Made by a program: the position numbers and the translations under genes. The notes under the pieces are model-generated. The model ran no database searches. It was given only the letters and a program-made list of their open reading frames with translations, and was not told the origin of the DNA. A stretch of 64,000 nucleotides of DNA, from positions 27 to 64,026 of the forward strand of contig JAHFOF010000001.1 in the NCBI GenBank assembly GCA_023266935.1, given 5' to 3'. Of this stretch, positions 1 to 9,825 are shown one piece after another. This DNA is from a bacterium. Lineage in GTDB: Bacteria > Patescibacteriota > Minisyncoccia > Phycocordibacterales > Zambryskibacteraceae. Every line of letters begins with the position of its first letter. Within the stretch, counting starts at the first letter, position 1.

Positions 1-89
1 TCAATACGTTTAATAATTTCTCCGACCAATCCTCTTTGTACTCCATCGTGCTTTACTGCGACAAATGTTCTTTCTTTTTTTGGATGCAT
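1..89 (-). CDS. ndk: nucleoside diphosphate kinase, N-terminal fragment (gene runs off window start)
   Basis: Reverse-complement translates [29 protein letters not shown], matching the conserved NDK N-terminus (ERTF..KPDGVQRGL.GEII). Confidence 0.6.
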   Translation of the reverse strand, partial: MHPKKERTFVAVKHDGVQRGLVGEIIKRI

Positions 90-123
90 AAATTAATTGT
101 TATTGAAAAATGATTATAGCAGA

Positions 124-891
124 TTAAGCTGTGAGCACAATGTGTCCTTCCTCGGTGATAGCCACAGTGTGTTCAAAGTGGGCTGAGCGAGAACCGTCCT
201 TTGTTTTAATCGTATAACCATCCTTAGAAAGTTTTATTTTCCCCGAACCTGTATTCAACATCGGCTCTATGGCTATAACCATTCCAGGAATTAATTTTTC
301 TCCATCACCGCTCACTCCAAAGTTTGGAACAAACGGATCTTCATGTACTGCGTATCCGACTCCATGTCCAGCAAGGTCTTCGGCCAAAGAAAATTTGGTT
401 TCATCAACTATTTCTGAAATAGCTTCGCCTATATCTCCAACGGTATTGTTAGGCAAAGCTTCCCTAATCCCCGCTTCTAAAGCACGTCTAGTGGCTTCTA
501 TTAATTTCCTCGCCTCGTCGTCTATCGCTCCAACACCCACAGTAATCGCCGAATCGGTGATTAAACCCTTGTGTATAAGCCCTAAATCAATTGATACGAT
601 ATCTCCACCATTTAAAATCCTTTCAGCTTCGTTTGGTATGCCGTGAACAATTTCATCATTAATAGAAACACACAAAGCCGCTGGGAAGGCTCTTTTGGCT
701 CCTGCAGGAGTATAACCAAGGAAAGCTGGTTTATCTCCACTCTCTTTTATTAGTCGCAGAGCTTCTTCTTCTAAGATAAGAGTGGATGTGCCTGGAGTAC
801 AAAGCTTGGCTAGCTCACGCAAAATTTCTGCGTGCCTTTTCCCTCCTTCTTTCATCGTTTTTATTTCTTCTTCTGTTTTAAGCTTTATCAT
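124..891 (-). CDS. map: methionine aminopeptidase type I
   Basis: 255-aa ORF with MAP-I pita-bread fold motifs (FLGY, VHGIP, metal-ligand D/H/E pattern); sits at the typical position after adk. Confidence 0.9.
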   Translation of the reverse strand: MIKLKTEEEIKTMKEGGKRHAEILRELAKLCTPGTSTLILEEEALRLIKESGDKPAFLGYTPAGAKRAFPAALCVSINDEIVHGIPNEAERILNGGDIVSIDLGLIHKGLITDSAITVGVGAIDDEARKLIEATRRALEAGIREALPNNTVGDIGEAISEIVDETKFSLAEDLAGHGVGYAVHEDPFVPNFGVSGDGEKLIPGMVIAIEPMLNTGSGKIKLSKDGYTIKTKDGSRSAHFEHTVAITEEGHIVLTA

Positions 892-1477
892 ATGCTTTCA
901 TGATATCTCTATGCACATTTTCAATCGTTTGTTCACCATTCACTCGAATATAGTTATACATCGGAGTTTTTTTGAAATATTCTATGGCTGGAGAAACATC
1001 CGCATCAAACCAATTCAACCTTTTGATAATTTTGGCGATGGTCTTGTCGTCCGATCTGCCTCTGGCCAATAATCTTTCTTCTGACCACTCACGAGAAACA
1101 TCAATATAAATTATTGTTGGTTTGTTTCGTTTATAAAATTCAAATGCGGTCGTGACCATATAGGCTTCTTCTAGTGAACGAGGAGCACCGTCGAAAACAA
1201 TATGCATGTTTTCTTCAAGTTCCTCGACGAGCATGCCGGCCCACATATAGCACCCAAGGAAATCTGGCTGTCGTTTGTCTGTGCTGTAATCTTCTTTAGA
1301 AAGCTTGGAAGAAAAACTTTCTCCTTCTATGAATTTTCTAAATTTATCTCCTGTTTCAACATAAAGAATTTGTTTCTTCTCGTGATCTTCTTTATGAAGC
1401 CAATCCTTAAACAACCCGGCTTGAGTTCCTTTGCCACATCCTGAACGTCCTATAAAAATAACTGTTTGTGGATTCAC
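878..1477 (-). CDS. adk: adenylate kinase (short form)
   Basis: P-loop GRSGCGKGTQ; conserved secY-adk-map order. Confidence 0.85.
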   Translation of the reverse strand: MNPQTVIFIGRSGCGKGTQAGLFKDWLHKEDHEKKQILYVETGDKFRKFIEGESFSSKLSKEDYSTDKRQPDFLGCYMWAGMLVEELEENMHIVFDGAPRSLEEAYMVTTAFEFYKRNKPTIIYIDVSREWSEERLLARGRSDDKTIAKIIKRLNWFDADVSPAIEYFKKTPMYNYIRVNGEQTIENVHRDIMKAYDKA

Positions 1478-1491
1478 TCTTCTATTCTACC

Positions 1492-2763
1492 TTAATATTC
1501 TCGAGCAGAAACTTGAGCGTCAACTTTCTTTACCAAATCAATCACTACAGAAACAACGATGAGCAGGGCCGTACCACCGATAGCCAGAGACTGAATACCT
1601 GTTGTCGCTCGAAGAATAAGTGGAAGGACAGCGATAAGTCCAAGGAAAAGAGCTCCGACAAGGGTTAATCGGGTCAGCACTTTAGAAAGATACATAGAGG
1701 TTGATTCTCCAGGACGAATACCAGGTATAAAGGCACCGGATTTCTGCAGATTTGTTGCTATCTGGTCTGGATCAAAGGTAATCGCAGTATAGAAGTAAGT
1801 GAAGAGAACCACCAAAATAAAGTAAGCTATTCCATAGAATAGTTGATTAGTAAGAAGAGCAAGGAGAGATGTGGCTATATGAGCAACTGCAACTACTTTC
1901 GCTGAAGTAAGAAACTGTAGAATCATTTGTGGGAACAAAAGAATCGAAAGGGCAAAGATAATAGGAATCACTCCCGCCTGATTCACTCGAAGAGGAAGAT
2001 AAGTAGAAACACCGCCCGAAGCAGTATTGCCTCTAATTTGTTTAGCATATGTTACTGGGATGGGTCTCTCGGCTTCAGAAACAAACACGACACCGAAGAT
2101 AACAGCGAGGATGAGAACAAGTGAGACCAAATAAATCGGAAGTTGAACAATATCAAAAGTGAAGATTAATTGGCCAATGTTCGTTGGGAGTCTGGAAACA
2201 ATACCAGCAAAGATAATAAGAGAAATACCATTACCAATACCAAATTCCGAAATTAATTCTCCAACCCAAACTAGAAGCAATGAACCAGCTGTGATTACAA
2301 TCAAGTCAAGAAAAAGATGTGAAGGGGTAAGGCCGGCCAAGACTCCTTGTTTTTGGAAAAGAGTAATAAAAGCAAATCCCTGAAGGAGAGCGAGGGGAAC
2401 GGTTAAAAGTCGAGAATATTGGGCAAAGCGACGACGACCAGCGTCCCCTTCTTCTTGGTACATGGCTTTTAGTTTCGGGATCATCAAAGTAAGAAGTTGC
2501 ATGATGATAGAACCTGTGATGTATGGTCCTACTCCGAGCATGACTATGGAGAGATTAGACAAACCACCGCCAGAAAAAACATTCAAAAGACTGAGAAATT
2601 GGTTGCCTGAAAAGAGTGTTTGAAGATGGGCCGAATCAATCCCAGGAATAGGAATGATGGCCAGAATCCTTGAAACAACAAGAAGTCCGAGGGTGATGAG
2701 AATGCCCTTTCGGATGACTCTGTCTCCGAAAATCAATCTTAACTTGTCTCTAAACTCTTTCAT
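1492..2763 (-). CDS. secY: preprotein translocase SecY
   Basis: 423 aa, 10 TM segments, conserved SecY motifs; follows rplO. Confidence 0.95.
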   Translation of the reverse strand: MKEFRDKLRLIFGDRVIRKGILITLGLLVVSRILAIIPIPGIDSAHLQTLFSGNQFLSLLNVFSGGGLSNLSIVMLGVGPYITGSIIMQLLTLMIPKLKAMYQEEGDAGRRRFAQYSRLLTVPLALLQGFAFITLFQKQGVLAGLTPSHLFLDLIVITAGSLLLVWVGELISEFGIGNGISLIIFAGIVSRLPTNIGQLIFTFDIVQLPIYLVSLVLILAVIFGVVFVSEAERPIPVTYAKQIRGNTASGGVSTYLPLRVNQAGVIPIIFALSILLFPQMILQFLTSAKVVAVAHIATSLLALLTNQLFYGIAYFILVVLFTYFYTAITFDPDQIATNLQKSGAFIPGIRPGESTSMYLSKVLTRLTLVGALFLGLIAVLPLILRATTGIQSLAIGGTALLIVVSVVIDLVKKVDAQVSAREY

Positions 2764-2764
2764 G

Positions 2765-3205
2765 TTATTTTATACTACCCCCGATTTTGAGAATTTTGGC
2801 TTCAGCACTCTTAGAAACAATCACCTTCTCAAACGATAGGGGTTTAGTTAGTTCGCCTGTGCCTAGAATTTTAACTCCTAGAACAGAAGCGTCTTTGGCC
2901 GAAATAATTTTCTTTTCTAAAAGAGAAATCTTGTTCACCATTTCTCCAGATTTATAATTTTTATCTATAAACCCTAGATTAAGAACAAAAGGTTTCGATT
3001 GAATTGATTTGAAAGAAGAAACTCCTCTACCTCGGAGCTTGGGAAATCTCTTGATAAAGTCTCGAAGCTCCGGACGATTTTTATGTCCAGCACGAGCATT
3101 CTGCCCTTTGGTTCCTCGACCAGAAGTTTTTCCTCGAGTACCTCCTCGTCCAACTTGTTTTGAGAGCACTCGTTTTGTTTTCGCTTTTAGAGTATGGAGT
3201 TGCAT
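2765..3205 (-). CDS. rplO: 50S ribosomal protein L15
   Basis: Gly/Arg-rich N-terminus GRGGTRGKTSGRGTKGQ; operon position. Confidence 0.9.
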   Translation of the reverse strand: MQLHTLKAKTKRVLSKQVGRGGTRGKTSGRGTKGQNARAGHKNRPELRDFIKRFPKLRGRGVSSFKSIQSKPFVLNLGFIDKNYKSGEMVNKISLLEKKIISAKDASVLGVKILGTGELTKPLSFEKVIVSKSAEAKILKIGGSIK

Positions 3206-3209
3206 AAAA

Positions 3210-3827
3210 TTATTTTGAATTTCTTATTTTGGTTCTCTCTAATTGACGAAGAGCAGAGACCGCAGCAAGGGCATTGTTCATGCTATTCTTGCTTCTTGAA
3301 AGCAGTTTGGCTGAAACTTCTCGAAGACCAGCAAGTTCAAGTACTGTTCGAACAGAGCTTCCTGCGAGGATACCCTTACCAGGAGCAGGACGAATAATAA
3401 CTCGTGAAGCGCTAAATTTGGCTTCAATATCATGAGGCACAGACATGCCTTTTGTGGTATTCACCGTTATCATATTCTTCTTCGCATCACGAAACGCTTT
3501 TTCTATAGCCAAAGGAGTATCTCCGGCCTTACCTAAACCAACTCCCACACTGCCCTTTCTGTTTCCTGCGACAACACAAACAGAGAAAGCGAATCGACGT
3601 CCTCCTGAAGTCACACGAGTCACTCGACGAAGACTCACAATTTTCTGATCAAATTCAGGTTTAGTTCTAGTATCGCGTCGAGGTCCTCGGCGGTTTGGTT
3701 TCCTTCCCCCACGGCTATCACCTCTTGTATCCCTAGATTGAGGGCGAGTATTAGGAGCAGGAACAACCGCAGGAGCTCCAACTACTGTTTCAGCTATGCT
3801 ATCGTTTATGATTATTGGTTCGTCCAT
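3210..3827 (-). CDS. rpsE: 30S ribosomal protein S5 (with N-terminal basic extension)
   Basis: S5 dsRBD and C-terminal domain; no rpmD (L30) lies between it and rplO. Confidence 0.9.
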   Translation of the reverse strand: MDEPIIINDSIAETVVGAPAVVPAPNTRPQSRDTRGDSRGGRKPNRRGPRRDTRTKPEFDQKIVSLRRVTRVTSGGRRFAFSVCVVAGNRKGSVGVGLGKAGDTPLAIEKAFRDAKKNMITVNTTKGMSVPHDIEAKFSASRVIIRPAPGKGILAGSSVRTVLELAGLREVSAKLLSRSKNSMNNALAAVSALRQLERTKIRNSK

Positions 3828-3829
3828 GT

Positions 3830-4144
3830 TTAGAATTTAAGTCCACCCTCTCGAGCGGCGTTGGCTAATGATTCAACCTTGCCTGTATAAATATAACCCC
3901 CTCTGTCGAAAACCACTCGACCAACTTTTTTAGACAAACCAAGCTTGGCTATCTCTGCTCCAACTTTTTTTGGATCTTTACCTTGAGCAGCGGCCAAAGT
4001 TACTCCCTTATCATCATCAATGAGTTGAGCATACAGAGCAATGTTTGATTTAAAAACAGAAAGTCTTGGACAATCCGAAGTACCAGAAATCTTCGCTCGG
4101 ATTTTTTTGTGGTTTCTGTTTCGTTTTAGAGTTTTTGTAGACAT
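3830..4144 (-). CDS. rplR: 50S ribosomal protein L18
   Basis: 104 aa L18 family; operon context. Confidence 0.9.
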   Translation of the reverse strand: MSTKTLKRNRNHKKIRAKISGTSDCPRLSVFKSNIALYAQLIDDDKGVTLAAAQGKDPKKVGAEIAKLGLSKKVGRVVFDRGGYIYTGKVESLANAAREGGLKF

Positions 4145-4168
4145 TTTATTTATAGTGAGATTGTCGAA

Positions 4169-4702
4169 CTATGCTGATTTTTTACCCTGTTTTCGTTTGA
4201 TAACTTCATCACTGTATCTCATTCCCTTGCCTTTATAAGGTTCAGGTTTTTTTAGTGAACGAAGCTTCGCTGCAAATTCTCCTACTACTTCTTTATTCGA
4301 ACCTGAGATAGTGATGTTGTTTTTTTCTGCAGTTACCTGTAGTCCTTTGGGAATCTCGATATTGACTGGGTGAGAAAAACCGAGAGCAAAGACGATTGAA
4401 TCACCCTTTACTTCTGATTTATAACCAATACCTTCGAGAATAAGTTTTTTCTCAAAAGCTTTATTCACTCCAGAAACCATGTTTTTCAAATGAGAAGCAT
4501 AGGTACCCCAAAGTGCTCTGGACTCGAGGGTTTCCTTTTTTGGATGTATCGTCACTTCATTGCCATTCACCTTTATCTCTATCATCGGATGCACACTTTT
4601 AGAAAGTTCACCCAAAGGACCTTTGACCAACACCGAACCAGCGGAGAGAACAATCTCTGTTTTTTCTGGAAGCGTGATGATTTGTTTTCCTATGCGTGAC
4701 AT
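4169..4702 (-). CDS. rplF: 50S ribosomal protein L6
   Basis: 177 aa two-domain L6. Confidence 0.9.
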   Translation of the reverse strand: MSRIGKQIITLPEKTEIVLSAGSVLVKGPLGELSKSVHPMIEIKVNGNEVTIHPKKETLESRALWGTYASHLKNMVSGVNKAFEKKLILEGIGYKSEVKGDSIVFALGFSHPVNIEIPKGLQVTAEKNNITISGSNKEVVGEFAAKLRSLKKPEPYKGKGMRYSDEVIKRKQGKKSA

Positions 4703-4729
4703 ATGTTTATTTATAGTGAGCCTGTCGAA

Positions 4730-5116
4730 TTACCAAATGGTGAATAGAATTTCTCCTCCGACCTTTTCTTTGCGGGCGTCTCGGCCACTAAGGATTCCTT
4801 TCGGTGTAGAAAGGACTACTGCTCCGTATCCATTCTTCACCAAACGAATCTCTGAAGCTTTCTTGTAGATTCTTTTTGAAGTTTTAGAAATGCGAGCCAC
4901 ACCCTTAACCTTTGGGATTCGATTCTCCATAAGAAGGCTGACGATGAGTGATGGTTTGCCTCCTACAACTTTCTTTTCGGCACCCTTAATAAATCCTTCT
5001 TTTTTTAGAACATTGGCTATATTTTCTTTAATCTTTGAATATGAAAGTACGACATGATCCCTGCCGGCATTACCTGCATTCTTTATCCCTATAATCATGT
5101 TTGCGATTGGATCCAT
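4730..5116 (-). CDS. rpsH: 30S ribosomal protein S8
   Basis: 128 aa S8. Confidence 0.9.
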   Translation of the reverse strand: MDPIANMIIGIKNAGNAGRDHVVLSYSKIKENIANVLKKEGFIKGAEKKVVGGKPSLIVSLLMENRIPKVKGVARISKTSKRIYKKASEIRLVKNGYGAVVLSTPKGILSGRDARKEKVGGEILFTIW

Positions 5117-5129
5117 TTGAAAATTTAAT

Positions 5130-5348
5130 CTACCAAGATGCTTTCTTCACACCAGGAATTTTGCCTTCATTCGCCATTTCTCTAAAGCATATTCGACAAA
5201 GGTCAAAATCCCTCATATAGCCCCGCCCTCGACCACATTTGAAGCAACGATTAGTAGCCCGAGTCTTGAACTTTGGGGTCTTTTTTGATCTTGCGACTAC
5301 TGAAGTTTTGGCCATATTTACGAAAAAAGCTTTGAAAAAGCTAGGCAT
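5130..5348 (-). CDS. rpsN: 30S ribosomal protein S14, zinc-binding type (S14Z)
   Basis: CxxC...CxxC motif (CFKCGRG...CRIC) typical of type-Z S14. Confidence 0.85.
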   Translation of the reverse strand: MPSFFKAFFVNMAKTSVVARSKKTPKFKTRATNRCFKCGRGRGYMRDFDLCRICFREMANEGKIPGVKKASW

Positions 5349-5405
5349 TTAGCTTATCAAGATAGAGAGGGGTTGTCAAATAAGGCTTAAATGGAGACTT
5401 ACGGG

Positions 5406-5939
5406 CTATTTCTTGAACGGGAAACCTAGATGTTCAAGAAAGGCTTGGACTTCTTTCTTTGATTTGGCTGTAGTCACTACCGTGATAGCAAGACCGAAAA
5501 CATCCTTCAATTCCTCATCGGCTGTTTCTGGGAAGATATTATGCTCTTTGATACCCAAAGTATAATTCCCCATCTCATCTGCAGAGTTTATAGAAATACC
5601 ACGAAAATCTTTGGTTCTAGGGAGAGAAATATGAATCAACTTTTCCAGAAAATCATACATTCTGTTGCCTCGAAGGGTGACTTGATATCCGACCACATCA
5701 CCTTGTCTTGATTTAAAGTTAGCGATAGCTACCTTGGCTCCACGAGGAGCAGCTTTTTGTCCAGTGATGCGAGCCAGTCTGTCTGCAATCACTTTCATCT
5801 TGTTTTTATCTTTGAGTGATCCGACTCCAACAGAAATAACCACCTTTTGGATTCGAGGTGTCTGCATTTTATTCTTATAACCCTGAGATTCTTTTAGAAC
5901 CTTGAACGCATTATTGATTTTTGTTTTTAAGTTTTCCAT
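5406..5939 (-). CDS. rplE: 50S ribosomal protein L5
   Basis: 177 aa L5. Confidence 0.9.
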   Translation of the reverse strand: MENLKTKINNAFKVLKESQGYKNKMQTPRIQKVVISVGVGSLKDKNKMKVIADRLARITGQKAAPRGAKVAIANFKSRQGDVVGYQVTLRGNRMYDFLEKLIHISLPRTKDFRGISINSADEMGNYTLGIKEHNIFPETADEELKDVFGLAITVVTTAKSKKEVQAFLEHLGFPFKK

Positions 5940-5963
5940 TTTATTTATAGTGAGTTCATCGAA

Positions 5964-6182
5964 CTATTTTGCCAATTTTACTGTCGAAGCATAAATCGGC
6001 ATGGCTTTCTCTATGATTTGACCTTTGCCATCTTTCTTTTTGGCTTTCTCATGAATCTTTTTGATATTTATTCCTTCAACCACAACTTTCATTTCTTTAG
6101 GAATAGATTTCAAAATCTTGCCGGACTTACCTTTGTCCTTGCCTGAGAGTATTACCACATTGTCGCCTTTTTTTACGTGCAT
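5964..6182 (-). CDS. rplX: 50S ribosomal protein L24
   Basis: KOW motif KKGDNVVILSGKDKGKSGKI. Confidence 0.9.
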   Translation of the reverse strand: MHVKKGDNVVILSGKDKGKSGKILKSIPKEMKVVVEGINIKKIHEKAKKKDGKGQIIEKAMPIYASTVKLAK

Positions 6183-6191
6183 ATATTTATA

Positions 6192-6563
6192 TTAAACAAC
6201 CTCTGGAGCCAAGGAAATAATTTTTTGGAAACCTTTTTCACCAATTTCTCGAGGAATCGGTCCAAAAACACGTCCCGCCTGTGGTTCGCTCTTCGCTTTG
6301 TCCAAAATCACTACCGCGTTCTCATCAAATCTAAGATACGAACCATCTGCTCGACGAAAAGGGGCTCGTTGTCGAACTACCACGGCATACAAAATATCCT
6401 TCTTTTTCACCGTTTTTCGAGGCTCGGCTTTTTGCACAGAAAGCACTACGATGTCTCCGATTCCCGCTGTTCTTTTCTTTGAAGCTCCGAGCACTTTAAA
6501 AATACGCCCGATTTTACCTCCGGAGTTGTCAGCTATTTGAACGATTGTGCGAGGTTGAATCAT
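6192..6563 (-). CDS. rplN: 50S ribosomal protein L14
   Basis: MIQPRTIVQIADNSGGK start is the L14 signature. Confidence 0.9.
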   Translation of the reverse strand: MIQPRTIVQIADNSGGKIGRIFKVLGASKKRTAGIGDIVVLSVQKAEPRKTVKKKDILYAVVVRQRAPFRRADGSYLRFDENAVVILDKAKSEPQAGRVFGPIPREIGEKGFQKIISLAPEVV

Positions 6564-6569
6564 GGTGGC

Positions 6570-6818
6570 TTATACTATCATAAAGTGCTTATCCTTTGAT
6601 ATGGGTTTGGTCTCGATAATTTTTACCTTATCACCAATCTTTTTAGTGTTTCCTGCATCGTGAGCTTTAAATTTTTTCCTATACTTGATGAACTTATCGT
6701 ACTTTGGATGTTTCTCATATCTTTCAACTGAAACTACCACGGTGTCTTTCATCTTGTCAGATGTCACAACGCCAGAGAGAACTTTGCCTTTTTTAATTTT
6801 TGTTTCTTCTTTTTTCAT
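6570..6818 (-). CDS. rpsQ: 30S ribosomal protein S17
   Basis: 82 aa OB-fold S17. Confidence 0.9.
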   Translation of the reverse strand: MKKEETKIKKGKVLSGVVTSDKMKDTVVVSVERYEKHPKYDKFIKYRKKFKAHDAGNTKKIGDKVKIIETKPISKDKHFMIV

Positions 6819-6819
6819 A

Positions 6820-7005
6820 TTACTTGAGTTTATGAAGCTCGGTCATAATGCGAGCAATATCTTTTTTGTGTTTGATTCCTTCTTTCACATTTTTCATCTT
6901 CGAACCAGCCGTGCCAAATCGAAACTCTCGAAGAGCTGTTCTCTTTTCTATAAGAGCTTTTTTAAGTTCTACCGCTGATTGTCCGATGAATGAGGTTTTT
7001 TTCAT
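6820..7005 (-). CDS. rpmC: 50S ribosomal protein L29
   Basis: 61 aa helical L29. Confidence 0.85.
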   Translation of the reverse strand: MKKTSFIGQSAVELKKALIEKRTALREFRFGTAGSKMKNVKEGIKHKKDIARIMTELHKLK

Positions 7006-7009
7006 ATAT

Positions 7010-7429
7010 TTACATTCGGGGAACGATTTTTGTCTTTACTGGAAGCTTCGTGCCTGCCTTACGAAGAGCTTCTCTACACACAGCTGCATCTGGACCATCT
7101 ACTTCGAAAATGATGCGCCCCGCTCGAACTGGGGCTACATAGCCCTGGAGGTCTCCTTTACCCTTCCCCAATTTCACTTCAGCTGGCTTCGCAGTATAAG
7201 GCATATCAGGGAAGATGCGAATCCAAAGACGACCAGATTTGCCCATTGAACGAGAAAGGACTTTTCGAGCAGCTTCAATTTGATTTGATCTGATACGAGC
7301 TTGATCGAGAGCTTTTAATCCAAACGAACCAAAAGCCACCGTCACCCCACGAGTAGCTGGCCCCACCTTCAGAGGATTTTTCCTCATCGTTTGCCACTTT
7401 CGATATTTAACTTTTTTTGGAGCCAGCAT
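7010..7429 (-). CDS. rplP: 50S ribosomal protein L16
   Basis: 139 aa L16. Confidence 0.9.
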   Translation of the reverse strand: MLAPKKVKYRKWQTMRKNPLKVGPATRGVTVAFGSFGLKALDQARIRSNQIEAARKVLSRSMGKSGRLWIRIFPDMPYTAKPAEVKLGKGKGDLQGYVAPVRAGRIIFEVDGPDAAVCREALRKAGTKLPVKTKIVPRM

Positions 7430-7467
7430 AGTATTTGATAATAATTATTTATAGTGAGCTTGTCGAA

Positions 7468-8145
7468 CTATTTTTGAGTTGGAGCGTCCTTCTCAAAGAT
7501 GTCTCCTTTATAAATCCAAACCTTCACTCCGAGTGTCCCATAAGGCATAACTGCTTTGGTTGAACAATAATCCACATCAGCGCGGAAAGTTTGGAGCGGG
7601 ATTCGTCCGAGGTGACGATCCTCTGTACGGCTCATGGTTGCTCCTCCGAGTCGTCCTGCAAGGAAAAGACGAACTCCTAAAACATCTCTGTTCGCCATCA
7701 CCTTTTCAAGAGTAGACTTGGCCACACGTCGGAAAGGTAAACGCTTTTCTAGACCTTCAACCACCATTTGAGCAACAATTGTCGCATTTGATTCTGGAGA
7801 TTTGATTTCTTTAATATCAAGCTTCACTTCAACTTTTGGATTCAACAGTTTATGCTTGGCCAAAAGTTTTTTTATATCAATGAGAAGCTTTTGAGAACCA
7901 TCTCCGCTTCGACCAATAATCATACCTGGGCGTGAAGTAGAAACGATAATACGAAGAGCCTTTTCGCTTCTCTCAATTTCCAAATCAGCCACATAAAATC
8001 CCTTTAACTTTTTTTCCAAGAATTTGCGTATTAAAATATCTCCCCGAAGATTCTCTTGGTATTTGCCTTTAGGAGAAAACCATCGACTTTTCCAGTCTCT
8101 GAGAATTCCTAATCTATGTGAATATGGGTGAACTGTGTGTGACAT
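7468..8145 (-). CDS. rpsC: 30S ribosomal protein S3
   Basis: KH domain plus S3 C-terminal domain. Confidence 0.9.
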   Translation of the reverse strand: MSHTVHPYSHRLGILRDWKSRWFSPKGKYQENLRGDILIRKFLEKKLKGFYVADLEIERSEKALRIIVSTSRPGMIIGRSGDGSQKLLIDIKKLLAKHKLLNPKVEVKLDIKEIKSPESNATIVAQMVVEGLEKRLPFRRVAKSTLEKVMANRDVLGVRLFLAGRLGGATMSRTEDRHLGRIPLQTFRADVDYCSTKAVMPYGTLGVKVWIYKGDIFEKDAPTQK

Positions 8146-8149
8146 AAAA

Positions 8150-8536
8150 TTAGCTTTTAGGTTTTAGTTTCTGGCTTTTAGCTTTCGACTTTTTAACTTT
8201 CGGAGTTTTTTCTCCGAGAACTACATCAACATGACTAGTACGCTTTCGAATAACAAACGCTCGACCTCTAGACATGGGCAATCTTCGATAAAGAATCTTG
8301 CCTCCATTAACACTCACTTCCTTCACAAACAAATTTTCAAGAGGAATAGAGAGTGATTTGGCATTTGCAATAGCTGAAGCGAGAAGTTTCTGAACTGGAC
8401 CAGCTGAACGCTTTGGCACGAACGCGAGGATGTTTTGAGCATCTTCAATCGACTTGCCTCGAATTAAATCCGCCACACCTCGAACTTTGCGGGGAGATTG
8501 TCTGTAGTTTGAAAGTGTAGCTCGAGCGTCAGTCAT
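8150..8536 (-). CDS. rplV: 50S ribosomal protein L22
   Basis: 128 aa L22. Confidence 0.9.
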   Translation of the reverse strand: MTDARATLSNYRQSPRKVRGVADLIRGKSIEDAQNILAFVPKRSAGPVQKLLASAIANAKSLSIPLENLFVKEVSVNGGKILYRRLPMSRGRAFVIRKRTSHVDVVLGEKTPKVKKSKAKSQKLKPKS

Positions 8537-8541
8537 ATAAA

Positions 8542-8883
8542 TTATTTTTTACTTTCAGTGGCACCCTTGGCTGCTTGAGCAGCACTGATTTCTGCTTCTT
8601 TTTTCTTTTGTTCGAGATCCTTCTGCATCTTACCTCCGTGTTTGGTGAACTTGCGAGTTAAAGAAAATTCACCGAGCCGGTGTCCAACCATATCCTCGGT
8701 GATAAATACTTCTATGTGATCTTTGCCGTTGTGTACTCCGAAGGTAAATCCGACCATTTCTGGAGCTATCTGGCATGCTCTGGACCAAGTCTTAATAACA
8801 CCGGTAGTACCGGGTTTCTTGCCCTCAATCTTTTTCAAGATTCGTGGGTCAACATATGGACCTTTTTTACTAGATCTGGTCAT
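8542..8883 (-). CDS. rpsS: 30S ribosomal protein S19 (C-terminal extension)
   Basis: S19 core GHRLGEF; lysine-rich C-terminal tail. Confidence 0.9.
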   Translation of the reverse strand: MTRSSKKGPYVDPRILKKIEGKKPGTTGVIKTWSRACQIAPEMVGFTFGVHNGKDHIEVFITEDMVGHRLGEFSLTRKFTKHGGKMQKDLEQKKKEAEISAAQAAKGATESKK

Positions 8884-8918
8884 TAGAAATAAAGAAGCTC
8901 AAGACGAGCTGTCGAGAT

Positions 8919-8947
8919 ATAGTATAGAAATCAAGGCATATTGTCAA
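8919..8947 (-). promoter_or_regulatory. sigma70-like promoter for rpsS and downstream operon
   Basis: Minus strand reads TTGACA, 17-nt spacer, TACTAT; lies just downstream of a terminator hairpin and upstream of the rpsS ATG. Confidence 0.55.
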
Positions 8948-8956
8948 TAAATTCAA

Positions 8957-8982
8957 TGAAAAAGCCAGGAATGAATCCTGGC
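8957..8982 (-). terminator. rho-independent terminator after GC-rich gene 9010..9630
   Basis: Hairpin GCCAGGA-atgaa-TCCTGGC followed by a T-run on the minus strand. Confidence 0.6.
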
Positions 8983-9009
8983 TTTGGACTAGTACAGTCC
9001 CTTTTGTCG

Positions 9010-9630
9010 CTAGATCCCCTCGAGTTCCTCGAGAAGAACTGTCGCGATCCTCGCGTCTTCTTCTTCCTCAGCAATGAGCCGGTCGGTCTTGACGATTATC
9101 AACTCGCCCTTTCGTGTGACGAGAGCCCCCAACGGTTCGACGCCGGGCTGACGTTGAACCAGGTCAACACATACCAACCCATTCGGGTTCAGCCATGTGT
9201 GACAGGTCCAGACCGCGTCAGTCGCCAGAGTTCGAAGACCGGCTCGTGCCTCGATCGGAATCTCCGGCGCCGTCTCACCCTCAGCGAGCCGACGGTACTG
9301 AAGCACCGTTGCATGCCTGGTGGGCTTGCCCTGACAAACCAGATTGAAACTGTGCCCATCCACGAGATGCAGACCGTTCGCGGTGAGCCCAACTCGGAGC
9401 ATCGCCACCTGAATCTTCTGCATGTTGTTCATGGCCTGAACACCGCGTCCTACTCCGTTCTCGCGACGACGAGCAAGAAGTTCCTGCTCAGTTCTGCGCT
9501 CAATCGAGCGAATGCCCGGAGGAATTGATCTCAAACTCGGTGAAATGAATTTCACCGTGAGATCATCGATCATCCCAAGAGGAATGGGGTGGCTCTCGCC
9601 CGGTCGAGCCGAAGCGATTCGATCAAACAT
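9010..9630 (-). CDS. hypothetical protein; GC-rich (~58%), probable foreign origin
   Basis: 206-aa ORF; GC content far above surroundings; GGAGAG Shine-Dalgarno before the ATG; own promoter and terminator. Confidence 0.6.
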   Translation of the reverse strand: MFDRIASARPGESHPIPLGMIDDLTVKFISPSLRSIPPGIRSIERRTEQELLARRRENGVGRGVQAMNNMQKIQVAMLRVGLTANGLHLVDGHSFNLVCQGKPTRHATVLQYRRLAEGETAPEIPIEARAGLRTLATDAVWTCHTWLNPNGLVCVDLVQRQPGVEPLGALVTRKGELIIVKTDRLIAEEEEDARIATVLLEELEGI

Positions 9631-9703
9631 TTGATACTCTCCGTGGTGTTGAAGGGAAAAAGGAGACTTGGAACGAACACTGGATACTACTTATCTACTT
9701 TGT

Positions 9704-9732
9704 AGAGTAGCACACTTGATTTAAAAAGTCAA
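9704..9732 (-). promoter_or_regulatory. promoter/operator, copy 1 of duplicated element
   Basis: Minus strand TTGACT-TTTTAAATCAAGTGTGC-TACTCT; near-identical to the element at 10507..10535, including the downstream AAGTAGATA(A/G)G. Confidence 0.55.
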
Positions 9733-9750
9733 ATGGAGAATTTATTTATA

Positions 9751-9781
9751 TAAACAAAAGCCGCCCGATGTTTTGGGCGGC
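9751..9781 (-). terminator. rho-independent terminator after gene 9826..10449
   Basis: GCCGCCC-gatgtttt-GGGCGGC hairpin followed by TTTTGTTTAT on the minus strand. Confidence 0.6.
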
Positions 9782-9825
9782 CAGACTTTTAAGAAAAGTC
9801 TCTAACCTACTGCTCGCTGACTATA

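Noticed and set aside
3205-3210. Missing rpmD (L30) between rpsE and rplO as an anomaly
   Set aside because: rpsE stop and rplO start are 4 nt apart with no room for a gene. Absence of L30 is a known lineage trait of many small-genome bacteria, not a local deletion artefact.
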